From Chlamydiota bacterium (lineage in GTDB: Bacteria; Chlamydiota; Chlamydiia; Chlamydiales; SM23-39): a stretch of DNA of 64,000 bases. Numbering within the stretch: the stretch's first letter is position 1; the number at the start of each line of letters is the position of its first letter. Below, piece after piece: positions 38,604 through 46,774 of the stretch. Below the pieces are notes generated by a model, which was not told the DNA's origin, ran no database searches, and saw only the letters and a program-made list of their open reading frames with translations. The stretch is from contig DAHXLK010000017.1 in NCBI GenBank assembly GCA_027366035.1, positions 8,137 through 72,136 on the forward strand. The letters are read 5' to 3'. Both the position numbers and the translations under genes were made by a program.

Positions 38604-39194
38604 TCACTTTTCCTCTGACAAGTCCTCGACTAAATTTTGCGGAACAAAGCCAATTTGTGGTTCTTGGCTCTTTCTTTCAGACTGTAGTACCCTAAGCTCA
38701 GCAAGGGATCTGAAAAGGATTTTTTCCAAAGAAATTTCATACCTTGAGAGTAACGCCAATTCGTCTCCCTGGTATCCCCCAAGGACTTCGATAATCCCGC
38801 TACTATCGAATCTGCGTGAGGCATGGTTGATCAACATCGATTCCATCTGCGTGACCCTTGATAGTCGCCAAGCGGCGGCTAAAGCCCTTTCACAGAATAA
38901 CTGCTCAAGGAGTCCTTCAGGGATGAATTGTTCGTAAAATTCCGTCTTCAAAGCTTCAAATTCTTTTTTAGATTCTCCCTCCAACACTACTTGTCTGCTG
39001 AATACCCCATGTTTTAGAGGGTTCTTGGCAAGGGCTGACTTGCCTTCGATAGATTTTGGACCAGTTGATCGTTGGGCGTTCAGGCGGTTTGAATCTAACT
39101 GTTTTTGTGATGCCATATTTTGCTCCTGTTTCTCATTTCCGATTTCTGGATTTTCTATAGGAATCGGAAAATCGGAAAGGTGTGGATTGTTCAT
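38604..39194 (-). CDS. Hypothetical protein (196 aa) of the island
   Basis: ORF with a 4-nt overlap to the primase gene. The motif NRLNAQRSTGPKSIEGKSALAKNPLKHGVFS recurs, to my recollection, in uncharacterised integrase-linked proteins. No function can be assigned. Confidence 0.55.
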   Translation of the reverse strand: MNNPHLSDFPIPIENPEIGNEKQEQNMASQKQLDSNRLNAQRSTGPKSIEGKSALAKNPLKHGVFSRQVVLEGESKKEFEALKTEFYEQFIPEGLLEQLFCERALAAAWRLSRVTQMESMLINHASRRFDSSGIIEVLGGYQGDELALLSRYEISLEKILFRSLAELRVLQSERKSQEPQIGFVPQNLVEDLSEEK

Positions 39195-40909
39195 ATAAGT
39201 CCTTGTTCTTTAGCCTTTTTCTTTCTTGTTTCAACTTGAGATTTGCTCAACCCTGTGCGGCTAGCCGTCTGTTCGATCGTTAACCCCTCTTTAAGGGCCT
39301 GAGCTACCTTTTCGACTTCAGAATCAGTCTTTGGCTCAGCGATCTCCCAAAGCCAAAGCCCGTCGTCCTCTTCTGTTAGGCGGACTTGGAAAGGCGCAGC
39401 ATCGTCACCAGCAAAATGTCGTGTTTTTTCGAAGACGACCTCAAACGCAGCTCCTTGATCAGCGCAATGTCCAGGAGGCTGTTTTAAAGTAATGACGCAA
39501 TCGAGGATATCTTCCCTTTTGCTGGTGCCGCGTTGTTGACCCGTTTTTGCCGCATGGTGGATGAAGAGTACGGATTTCCCTTTTTTCCGAAGTTCTAGCG
39601 CCCAATCTTGCACGGGTTGCCAACTTTCAGCTTCATTTTCGATCCCACTGCGAAACAGGGTAGACACGTTGTCGATGATAATGAGATCGCTGTCAGCAAT
39701 CAAATCCTCCAAGATATCCCGCTCTTCTTTGATCGAAAGGTCTGGCATTGCGCCTTCTTGCAAATCGGGCGTGATCAGCCTGAGATAAGATGGATCTGGA
39801 AGTTTTAGGTCTTCTGAGAGAGAAATCCGTTGCAAGCGCTCCTGCATGGCCCCAGCGGGCATTTCCCCGTCAATGTATAAGACCTTTCTTGGCCTTGGCG
39901 CATTCCACTTTAGGAAAGACCCGCCAGTGGCAACAGCATAGGCAATCCCTAGAGCTACGTGAGTTTTTCCCACACCCCGTTTTGCGTACAAAAGGCATAA
40001 CCCTTGCGATGGAAGAAAGGGGGCAAGGATCATTTCCCTTTTCGGCAATTTCATTTGTAAAAACTCTTCTAGCGTGACTGCCCTGATTTTCGCTTTTGGG
40101 GTAGATGGGGAATAATCTGTCGTGGCAGCTAAAAGTTTAAGGAGAGAGTCTGTAGTGTTGCCTTCCGCAAGCCAATCGCTAACGTCCTTGCCGTGCGATT
40201 CTTGATATTCGATCCCAGGGAGATCTATTACGCGGAGGCGTTTGACTTTGCCGTAGAGAGTTTTACATAACAAATTTTTCCGTTCGATCCCAGTTTTGTC
40301 CATATCATAAAGAACGGCGACATCACAATTTCGTAGAACGGCAGTGAAATCGTCGGGCCACTTGAGTGATTCAGGAGTAGTGGTCGCCACAAGGCCGTAT
40401 TGGGCCAATTTGTCAGCATCCTTTTCTCCTTCGACCAGAAATACTGTGTTGCCCTCATGGGTCGCTTGTAAAACCTCCGGAAGTCGATAGAGGATTTTCC
40501 GGCACCCCTCAAGATTCCTCACGATTTCCCCTTTTTCGTTGAATCTTTCCCAGTAAAAGCTTTTTAGTTTTCCATTAAACCCAGGCTCGATTCGGATTTT
40601 TGAAAAGAGCGCTTTGCCTTGCTCGTCGCGATAGGGATATTCTATTCGCCTTTTGGCTGTTTCAGCCTCTTTACCGAGTTTCACGGGGAACAAGTCAGTG
40701 ATTGCAATACCTAGGGAAGCGCAAATGTTTTCAGGAACGCATCCAGCAAAACACTTAACGAGGATTTTTCCGTCATCGCCCTCGTTAATGGAAAGACTCG
40801 GATTAGAGTCGTCGTGGGAAGGGCATCGCAAGCTGTATCCATGTCCCGATTTCCGTGCTTCAAATCCTGTTTTTCTTTCGACTAGGCGAATAAATTCTTC
40901 GATCATCAT
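39191..40909 (-). CDS. Primase (CHC2 zinc finger + TOPRIM) fused to RecA-like AAA ATPase (RepA/AAA_25-type) with C-terminal HTH
   Basis: 572-aa ORF. Zinc finger CPSHDDSNPSLS...KCFAGC. TOPRIM VFLVEGEKDADKL and VLYDMDKTG. Walker A AKRGVGKTH. Walker B LIIIDNV. C-terminal LTIEQTASRTGLSKSQV. Confidence 0.85.
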   Translation of the reverse strand: MMIEEFIRLVERKTGFEARKSGHGYSLRCPSHDDSNPSLSINEGDDGKILVKCFAGCVPENICASLGIAITDLFPVKLGKEAETAKRRIEYPYRDEQGKALFSKIRIEPGFNGKLKSFYWERFNEKGEIVRNLEGCRKILYRLPEVLQATHEGNTVFLVEGEKDADKLAQYGLVATTTPESLKWPDDFTAVLRNCDVAVLYDMDKTGIERKNLLCKTLYGKVKRLRVIDLPGIEYQESHGKDVSDWLAEGNTTDSLLKLLAATTDYSPSTPKAKIRAVTLEEFLQMKLPKREMILAPFLPSQGLCLLYAKRGVGKTHVALGIAYAVATGGSFLKWNAPRPRKVLYIDGEMPAGAMQERLQRISLSEDLKLPDPSYLRLITPDLQEGAMPDLSIKEERDILEDLIADSDLIIIDNVSTLFRSGIENEAESWQPVQDWALELRKKGKSVLFIHHAAKTGQQRGTSKREDILDCVITLKQPPGHCADQGAAFEVVFEKTRHFAGDDAAPFQVRLTEEDDGLWLWEIAEPKTDSEVEKVAQALKEGLTIEQTASRTGLSKSQVETRKKKAKEQGLI

Positions 40910-40930
40910 TATTACCTCTTTATTAATTTG

Positions 40931-41200
40931 TTACGTCACATTCCCGAGTACTTTTTCTGCTTTTTCGCACACGACTTTTTCAATTTCTCTGCTCAACTCT
41001 TGGGTGGTGGGATGGCAAATTGTTTGACTTCCTTCCCCGATCCTCTTTGTGGGGTAAGTGATTCTGTAGCCAGAGCCGTCCCTTTTGCGATGGACTCCAA
41101 TTGAACTGACATAAAAACGTCCATCTAGCTCAACGCATGCGAACGCCATCAGCCCGTCTTGCGGGTGGATGGGAAGGATTTCCACTTTTGTGACTGCCAT
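40931..41200 (-). CDS. SpoVG-like small DNA/RNA-binding protein
   Basis: 89-aa ORF. The pattern V.KVEILPIHPQDGLMAFACVELDGRFYVSSIGVHRKRDGSGYRITYPTKR......ICHP parallels the SpoVG fold signature (V.V....G.lkAfasv.ld..f.v..i.v.....g.fv.mPs.r........HP). Confidence 0.45.
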   Translation of the reverse strand: MAVTKVEILPIHPQDGLMAFACVELDGRFYVSSIGVHRKRDGSGYRITYPTKRIGEGSQTICHPTTQELSREIEKVVCEKAEKVLGNVT

Positions 41201-41362
41201 AAAGCTCCGGATTGTTACGTCTGTCTATTCGAAGCAGCAGGTCAAAAAACTGTCCTAATCGATCTTCCGTAGAAGCCACGATAGGGGAAAGGGCAGACCT
41301 GTGCTTTTTCATACCCCCAAAATAATGGATCTGTTGCTCATGTGAGCGCATTTGCACGCAAG

Positions 41363-41402
41363 TGCGACTGGATCAGAATTTTTTGAGATAAAATGCGACT
41401 GG
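41363..41402. promoter_or_regulatory. Pair of 9-bp direct repeats TGCGACTGG spaced 31 bp apart in the divergent intergenic region of the island
   Basis: tgcgactgg at 41363-41371 and 41394-41402, about 80-115 bp upstream of the 475-aa gene start. Possible operator or iteron. Confidence 0.3.
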
Positions 41403-41479
41403 TGTATGCTAGAGTTAGACAGCAACCGATACTTTTTAGCCTGAGGCGCGATCTAAAAATGTAATAAGGAAGTGAAAAA

Positions 41480-42907
41480 ATGAGTCTCGCAGTCAGTCAA
41501 TCTTTGCTTTTGCTGAATTGTCTAGAACGATTCGAAAAGCAGTCTAAAGAAATCCAACATAGGAATGAGCTTGTCGAGTTATTTTGCACTCAGGTCATTC
41601 CTTTCCTCACCGAGAACGGACTCCTTGATGCTCTACGTAAGAATTGGGCGCGTCAACGGGATCAGATGAATTTAAGGGTGAGGGAAACTGAAGCCAAAGC
41701 CCTAGAAGAAATACAAGCAACGGCTGATGAAATACGATTAGCCGTCGGCGTTTGCTCAGATGAAGTTATTAAGGCAAAGCAAGAGTTGATCCAACGCCTT
41801 ATATCAGGTGAAGAGAAATGGTATGGCACGCCGCTTTATCGAATCCTCTTTGGTGAACTGAAGCAGCTTCTTCAATGTTTATTAGAAGCTGGGCATGAGC
41901 ACATTTGCGTCAAATATGCGAAATTAGGAGTTCGTAGGATCTATGTTCAGCGAGAGAATCCAATCAAACGATGGATGATTATTCGCAATGGAGGACAGAA
42001 CGGAATTCCTCTCACTGCAAAAGAAGCTGCAAATGCCAAGAAAAAGGGCGAGAAGGGTCTTGTTTCCTTTTACTCCGATCTCGAGTTGGTTGAAGAAACT
42101 TTCATCGAGGAATTCTCATTCGCGCCAAGCGTTCTGGACGCGTATGAGGCAATGGATTCCGTACATTGGGATCGTTTTCAAGATCCAGCCGTCGTCTGGT
42201 GGTATTTTGAAACGGCCTTTTGGTATTGGAAGACAACGGAGTTTTATTTCAACGAGATCCTGCGTCCGAAAAATGGCAATGATCTTGGAAAGCACTTTCA
42301 GACAACTTGTGAACAAGCGACATGGCGTGAAATCGCTGATGCAAGGGATAGAGTTAACGACGCAAGCAGGATTCCTGTGATTTTTACAACAGGGTTTTTT
42401 AGAACAGGGCTTCGTACGTTGGCTAACGCTATTGCTGTTTATCTTTCTCAAGATCCGACAACTTTGGAAGCCTCGCCTCACAAAATAAATGATTCCCTAA
42501 CGCATTTTGAGCTTGTTCTCGATGGCAATGAATTATGGGTACATGTCTCTTTTGAGAATCAAGCAATCGAAAAATTCTTTGTCCAAAAATTCAACGAAGG
42601 GCCAGATCTTACTGGATCCCGACTTCACCAATTTGCAAAAGGACTTGTAGAAGATCCCGTTGAAGGAACTAAGAAAGCAAAATTAGTTCGAAAATGGGAA
42701 TCTGCGTCAAAGCATATTAATCGTTTGAAATTACCGATGCTTCTAAAGCAAAAGTTTTTTGCTAAATCGTATAGTTCTCATTTCGATTTTAAGGGGGCAA
42801 GAATATCGCTAGGGAGCGATCTGAATGAAGTTAGGCTGATCCTAAAAGATTTGAGGCAGAATCATTTAAAATCTAAGGAACGGGTTGAAAATGGGAAAGA
42901 TGGATGA
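41480..42907 (+). CDS. Hypothetical protein (475 aa), first gene of the R-M-containing cassette
   Basis: Long ORF with an AAGGAAG SD-like sequence upstream. Its 3' end overlaps the methyltransferase ORF by 23 nt. I recognise no domain. Confidence 0.6.
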   Translation: MSLAVSQSLLLLNCLERFEKQSKEIQHRNELVELFCTQVIPFLTENGLLDALRKNWARQRDQMNLRVRETEAKALEEIQATADEIRLAVGVCSDEVIKAKQELIQRLISGEEKWYGTPLYRILFGELKQLLQCLLEAGHEHICVKYAKLGVRRIYVQRENPIKRWMIIRNGGQNGIPLTAKEAANAKKKGEKGLVSFYSDLELVEETFIEEFSFAPSVLDAYEAMDSVHWDRFQDPAVVWWYFETAFWYWKTTEFYFNEILRPKNGNDLGKHFQTTCEQATWREIADARDRVNDASRIPVIFTTGFFRTGLRTLANAIAVYLSQDPTTLEASPHKINDSLTHFELVLDGNELWVHVSFENQAIEKFFVQKFNEGPDLTGSRLHQFAKGLVEDPVEGTKKAKLVRKWESASKHINRLKLPMLLKQKFFAKSYSSHFDFKGARISLGSDLNEVRLILKDLRQNHLKSKERVENGKDG

Positions 42908-43922
42908 GAAGAGAAACACGCCGGACAAGAGAATGAAGGTCGTCGATCTTTTTTGCGGATGTGGAGGATTGTCTTTAGGATTTCAAAACGCTGGCTTTGA
43001 AATATTAGCGGCCTATGATGCATGGGATACTGCTATAGAATGCTATAAAGAGAATTTTCATCATCCTGCTTCTTGTTTAGATCTTTCAGCAGTGGATCAT
43101 GCGATCGCCGAGATCAGACAGTGGAATTGTGATATTATCATAGGAGGCCCGCCATGTCAGGATTTTTCTCATGCTGGGAAACGGCAAGAAGGCGCTCGGG
43201 CTAATCTTACTACATGCTTTGCCAAGATTGTGTCTGCGATAAAGCCCGCATGGTTTGTAATGGAAAACGTTGATAGGGCGATTACAAGCGCTTCTTATGC
43301 ACAAGCAAGGAATATTTTTCTGAACGCTGGATATGGGATTTCAGAATTAGTCCTTGATGCTAGCTTTTGTGGCGCTCCCCAGAAGAGGAAACGGTTATTT
43401 TGCATAGGAAGATTAGGAGAAGAAAACGAATTTATAGTAGAACGCATTCAAAAAAGAATGAGCAAGAAACCGATGACAGTTCGTGAACATTTAGGGAGTG
43501 AGCTTGGAATAGAGCATTACTATAGGCACCCGAGAAACTACAATCGGAGAGCAGTATTCTCAATTGATGAACCTTCTCCAACTATTAGAGGCGTAAATCG
43601 GCCCATACCTATGGGGTATCCAGGACATGCGCAAGATTCTGCTCCTATTGATTCTTTGATTCGTCCTTTGACTTCTCTGGAAAGGGCTAGAATTCAAACA
43701 TTTCCAGTCGATTATAAATGGGTAGGATCAAAAACTGAACAGGAAACCATGATAGGCAATGCGGTTCCAGTAAAGTTGGCTGAGTTCGTTGGGCGATCCA
43801 TATTAGACGAGAATTGCAATCAAGGGAACGCGAGAAGATTATCTTTTAGCTCATCTCCTGAAAACCATATCGTAACTTTTGCTAAATCAGCACGGTGCGA
43901 ACAGCTATCCTTCAGGCTTTAG
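42885..43922 (+). CDS. DNA (cytosine-5)-methyltransferase
   Basis: Motif I DLFCGCGG, IV GGPPCQDFS, VI ENV, VIII QKRKRLF, X GNAVP. The true start may be the Met at 42900 or 42933 (MKVVDLFCGCGG). Confidence 0.93.
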   Translation: MKMGKMDEKRNTPDKRMKVVDLFCGCGGLSLGFQNAGFEILAAYDAWDTAIECYKENFHHPASCLDLSAVDHAIAEIRQWNCDIIIGGPPCQDFSHAGKRQEGARANLTTCFAKIVSAIKPAWFVMENVDRAITSASYAQARNIFLNAGYGISELVLDASFCGAPQKRKRLFCIGRLGEENEFIVERIQKRMSKKPMTVREHLGSELGIEHYYRHPRNYNRRAVFSIDEPSPTIRGVNRPIPMGYPGHAQDSAPIDSLIRPLTSLERARIQTFPVDYKWVGSKTEQETMIGNAVPVKLAEFVGRSILDENCNQGNARRLSFSSSPENHIVTFAKSARCEQLSFRL

Positions 43923-43928
43923 AGCAAT

Positions 43929-45050
43929 ATGACAGACTTTAAAGATACAGATCCTAAATTATACGGCATTAATCATTCAAATCGTGATGGAGATGATCTG
44001 TGGGGGAAAAACCAATTTAATAGCACGTTTCCTGTTGCTCTTATGTGTTTTATGCGGGATCAACAGGTTCCTGCTGCATATTTGTCTATCACAAAGAAAC
44101 TGAACGTATCTGTTTCTGAAATATCATTCGACCAAGTTTTAGATACAAATATTCCGAACAAGGATCTTTATTTTCTTTTTGAGGGGAAATTTGATCCTTA
44201 TCAAGATTTTGCGTACGATGACATAGGATCAATTGATCTTGTTGTAACTGAGAGCGTTCGTGATTCAGCAGCTCGATCGTACGGATCAATGCCTGGTCGT
44301 TTTTTAAGACCGCTGGAGATAAAACTCACGGTCGTACCCGATCATACTACGCATAAAGAGCTAGAGCGACTTTGGGGACCCGAACTTGTTATCCGACCTG
44401 CTACCACAATCTACTGCGCACTAGGAATCGCCCACTCTTGCAAGACAGCAAAAGTCCTAGGAAAGGTCAGAGCCATTTTTGAGCCTCTTTGCCATTCTAT
44501 AAAGGATTGGGATAACGAACATGAAATTAATGCAAGGGTTGACGACATTTTAGAGTCCTTGGATCGGTTTCAATCTGAAATGTGGCAACTGCAAAAACCT
44601 ATGTTGATGCAGCCTATCTGGAAAACGGAAGGGAAAAGTCCTATTTTGATGAAGAATGCGTTTGATATTTTTATCTGGAGCGATTTTGCTTTATGCCGAT
44701 TATTTCTCGATTTGTCGAGAGGAGGAGCCGAACGGAAAGAGGTCAACCGATTTGTAAGAAGCGCTGCACGTCTTGCAAGATTTTTATATGAAGTTTCTAC
44801 TAGGGGCAAAGTGAACGTGAAGAACATTTATACTGAAATGGCGCACAATAGGCAGACGGATAAGGAATTCGCAGTCAGCGGGAAAAAAACGCATTCTTAT
44901 ATGAGCTCAAAATATTTGTCGAACCCAAGAATCCAGAGAGATGCATTACGTCACATTATCCTCAATGGAGGGGAGCAAAAATTAAATCCCGAAAGGCGCT
45001 TTGACCAGACAGTCTATTTTACGACCAAACACATTTTTGAAAGCTCGTAA
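43929..45050 (+). CDS. Putative type II restriction endonuclease (PD-ExK type), cognate to the adjacent methyltransferase
   Basis: 373-aa ORF starting 6 nt after the MTase and abutting vsr. Candidate catalytic motif SIDLVV...PLEIKLT (D...ExK). Specificity is not determinable. Confidence 0.6.
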   Translation: MTDFKDTDPKLYGINHSNRDGDDLWGKNQFNSTFPVALMCFMRDQQVPAAYLSITKKLNVSVSEISFDQVLDTNIPNKDLYFLFEGKFDPYQDFAYDDIGSIDLVVTESVRDSAARSYGSMPGRFLRPLEIKLTVVPDHTTHKELERLWGPELVIRPATTIYCALGIAHSCKTAKVLGKVRAIFEPLCHSIKDWDNEHEINARVDDILESLDRFQSEMWQLQKPMLMQPIWKTEGKSPILMKNAFDIFIWSDFALCRLFLDLSRGGAERKEVNRFVRSAARLARFLYEVSTRGKVNVKNIYTEMAHNRQTDKEFAVSGKKTHSYMSSKYLSNPRIQRDALRHIILNGGEQKLNPERRFDQTVYFTTKHIFESS

Positions 45051-45506
45051 ATGGATGTCTTTTCCAAGAAGAAAAGAAGCGAAATCATGTCAAAAGTCAG
45101 GGGGAAGGACACCGCCCCTGAGATCAAAGTACGGAAATCTCTTTTCGCCCTGGGTTTTAGATACAGGCTAAATGTTCGAAAGATCCCTGGGAAGCCGGAT
45201 ATCGTGCTGCGTAAATACGAAGCGTTGATATTCGTCCATGGTTGTTTCTGGCACGGCCATCATTGTCGGATTGGTAATTTACCGGTAAGTAATAGCGCCT
45301 ACTGGCAACGCAAAATGGAAAGGAACAGAGCCAGAGACAAGATGAACCTTAAGCGTTTAAGGATGATGGGTTGGAGGGTCTTAACGGTTTGGGAATGCGC
45401 CTTAGCCGGTAAGGGGAGATTGCCGTCGGATCTCCTATCTAGGAAGCTGAATACATGGATCGTGGGAAGCAGACAGGTCGGTAATATTCAAGGGTTAAAG
45501 AATTGA
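45051..45506 (+). CDS. vsr: Very-short-patch repair endonuclease Vsr
   Basis: 151-aa ORF. DTAPEIKVRKSLFALGFRYRLNVRKIPGKPDIVLRKYEALIFVHGCFWHGHHC is the Vsr signature. Confidence 0.92.
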   Translation: MDVFSKKKRSEIMSKVRGKDTAPEIKVRKSLFALGFRYRLNVRKIPGKPDIVLRKYEALIFVHGCFWHGHHCRIGNLPVSNSAYWQRKMERNRARDKMNLKRLRMMGWRVLTVWECALAGKGRLPSDLLSRKLNTWIVGSRQVGNIQGLKN

Positions 45507-45553
45507 TTGGTTTGTTTGCGAGTCTGAAATATTAATTCATCTTCTTTTTAATT

Positions 45554-46303
45554 ATGCGCGCGTTTTATTCTTTTAGCATGAAAAAAATTAGTCGTTCAAA
45601 AATTGATTTGTTTTTGTCTTGCCCTTGTTGTTTTTATTTGGATCAGCTTTGTAAGGTCTCTCGTCCTTCCATACCAAAGTTTACGATCAACGATGCTGTT
45701 GATGGGTTGCTCAAGAAAGAATTTGATGTTTATCGTAATGCAGGCAAGCCTCATCCGTTGATGAGCCAATTCGCAATCGATGCGGTTCCCTTTCAACACC
45801 CAGATATTGAAAAATGGCGTAAAAATAAAATTGGCATCCAAGTTTCACATGAAGCGACCTCGTTCTTGGTTTACGGGGCTATTGACGATGTCTGGGTTGA
45901 TAAAACTGGGACGCTCTACATTGTGGATTACAAGGCCACCAGCATTAAGGATATTCCGACTCTGGATGGGCGAGATGCCTATAAAAGGCAAATAGAAGTT
46001 TACCAGTGGCTTTTTCGTCAAAATGGCTTCAAAGTGTCCAACACAGGGTATTTCGTCTACTGCAATGGGAAAAAAAATGCAGAATCCTTCAACGGACGGA
46101 TTGATTTTGATATGCAGATTTTGTCTTATGAGGGCGATGTTTCGTGGGTAGAGCCGACGCTGTTTAAGATCCGTTCGGCCATGGATGCACAGGAAATACC
46201 TGTTTCTTCAGAGCATTGCGAATATTGCGCTTTCCGCGAAGAAGGTGTAGCTGTACTACGCGAGAGAACTCAATCCGTTTTTCCCGTAAGTTTGACAACC
46301 TAA
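45554..46303 (+). CDS. PD-(D/E)XK nuclease, Cas4/RecB-like with Cys cluster
   Basis: 249-aa ORF. GAIDDVWVDKTGTLYIVDYKAT (D...DYK). N-terminal SCPCCFY and C-terminal EHCEYCAF cysteines resemble a Cas4-type Fe-S cluster. Confidence 0.7.
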   Translation: MRAFYSFSMKKISRSKIDLFLSCPCCFYLDQLCKVSRPSIPKFTINDAVDGLLKKEFDVYRNAGKPHPLMSQFAIDAVPFQHPDIEKWRKNKIGIQVSHEATSFLVYGAIDDVWVDKTGTLYIVDYKATSIKDIPTLDGRDAYKRQIEVYQWLFRQNGFKVSNTGYFVYCNGKKNAESFNGRIDFDMQILSYEGDVSWVEPTLFKIRSAMDAQEIPVSSEHCEYCAFREEGVAVLRERTQSVFPVSLTT

Positions 46304-46387
46304 TATTTTAACATTTAATAATTTAGACTGTAATGCATCAAATCCTTTTGAGAAACGTTCCCAATCAAAAGTTCTGAATTCGTCCAG

Positions 46388-46545
46388 TCGCCCCCATTTC
46401 TGGCTTTGGGGAGAATTTCCCGTTTTTTTTCAGGTTCTTTTGAAAAACTCTCCTCGGCAAGCTTATCAAAGCTTGCCCACGTCGTAGTTTTTCAAAATTA
46501 CCTGAAAAAATTCCGAGAACTTCCCCCCAAATCCCTCATGGGGGC
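46388..46545. repeat. About 158-bp imperfect palindrome whose two tips copy the tRNA-Tyr 3' end (cgcccccat / atgggggcg)
   Basis: Centre ggcaagctt-atca-aagcttgcc (46455-46476). The arms align as inverted repeats (tttttcaaaa, cctgaaaaaa and ccccaaa blocks) out to 46388 and 46545. Confidence 0.75.
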
Positions 46546-46582
46546 GGTCTCGCCTCCATTTTCTAACTAGCGAAGGCAAGTT

Positions 46583-46774
46583 CTATAAAATATGGATCAC
46601 ACTTGTGACAACTCCAAGAATATGAAAATTCATCTGGCTTGAAATATCGAGTGGAGAAAAAGCATCATTTTCTGCAAGAAGTCGGATTTTATTTTTCTCG
46701 ATATGCAAACGTTTTACAGTAAACTCACCATTCACTGTGGCAATGACAACTTTTCCGTGTTGAGGTTCTACTAC
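46583..46774 (-). pseudogene. umuD: UmuD/LexA-type S24 peptidase, C-terminal fragment only
   Basis: HGKVVIATVNGEFTVKRLHIEKNKIRLLAENDAFSPLDISSQMNFHILGVVTSVIH parallels E. coli UmuD [20 protein letters not shown]...[25 protein letters not shown]. The Ser-containing N-terminal half is missing. Confidence 0.7.

Larger units (their letters stand above)
37083..46397. mobile_element. Integrated genomic island / integrative element at the 3' end of tRNA-Tyr (about 9.3 kb)
   Basis: The recombinase gene abuts and reads into tRNA-Tyr. An imperfect direct copy of the tRNA 3' end (ttcgtccagtcgcccccatt, 46377-46397) lies at the far side. Gene content is recombinase, primase/ATPase and an R-M module. Sequence looks more G+C-rich than the flanks by eye. 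Confidence 0.8.

Noticed and set aside
41130-41357. A 75-aa minus-strand ORF (internal start MKKHRSALSPIVASTEDRLGQFFDLLLRIDRRNNPELYG...) upstream of and overlapping the SpoVG-like gene.
   Set aside because: Its 3' half overlaps the better-supported SpoVG-like ORF in another frame. There is no clear SD and no recognisable fold. A short leader ORF ending near 41200 remains possible but unsupported.
46323-46331. agactgtaa resembles the tRNA-Tyr anticodon stem-loop. This suggested that a whole degraded second tRNA-Tyr lies at 46323-46397.
   Set aside because: The distance from this 9-mer to the cgcccccatt end is about 18 nt longer than in the real tRNA. The intervening sequence shows no D-arm, variable-arm or T-arm similarity. 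Only the 3'-end repeat is retained as evidence.
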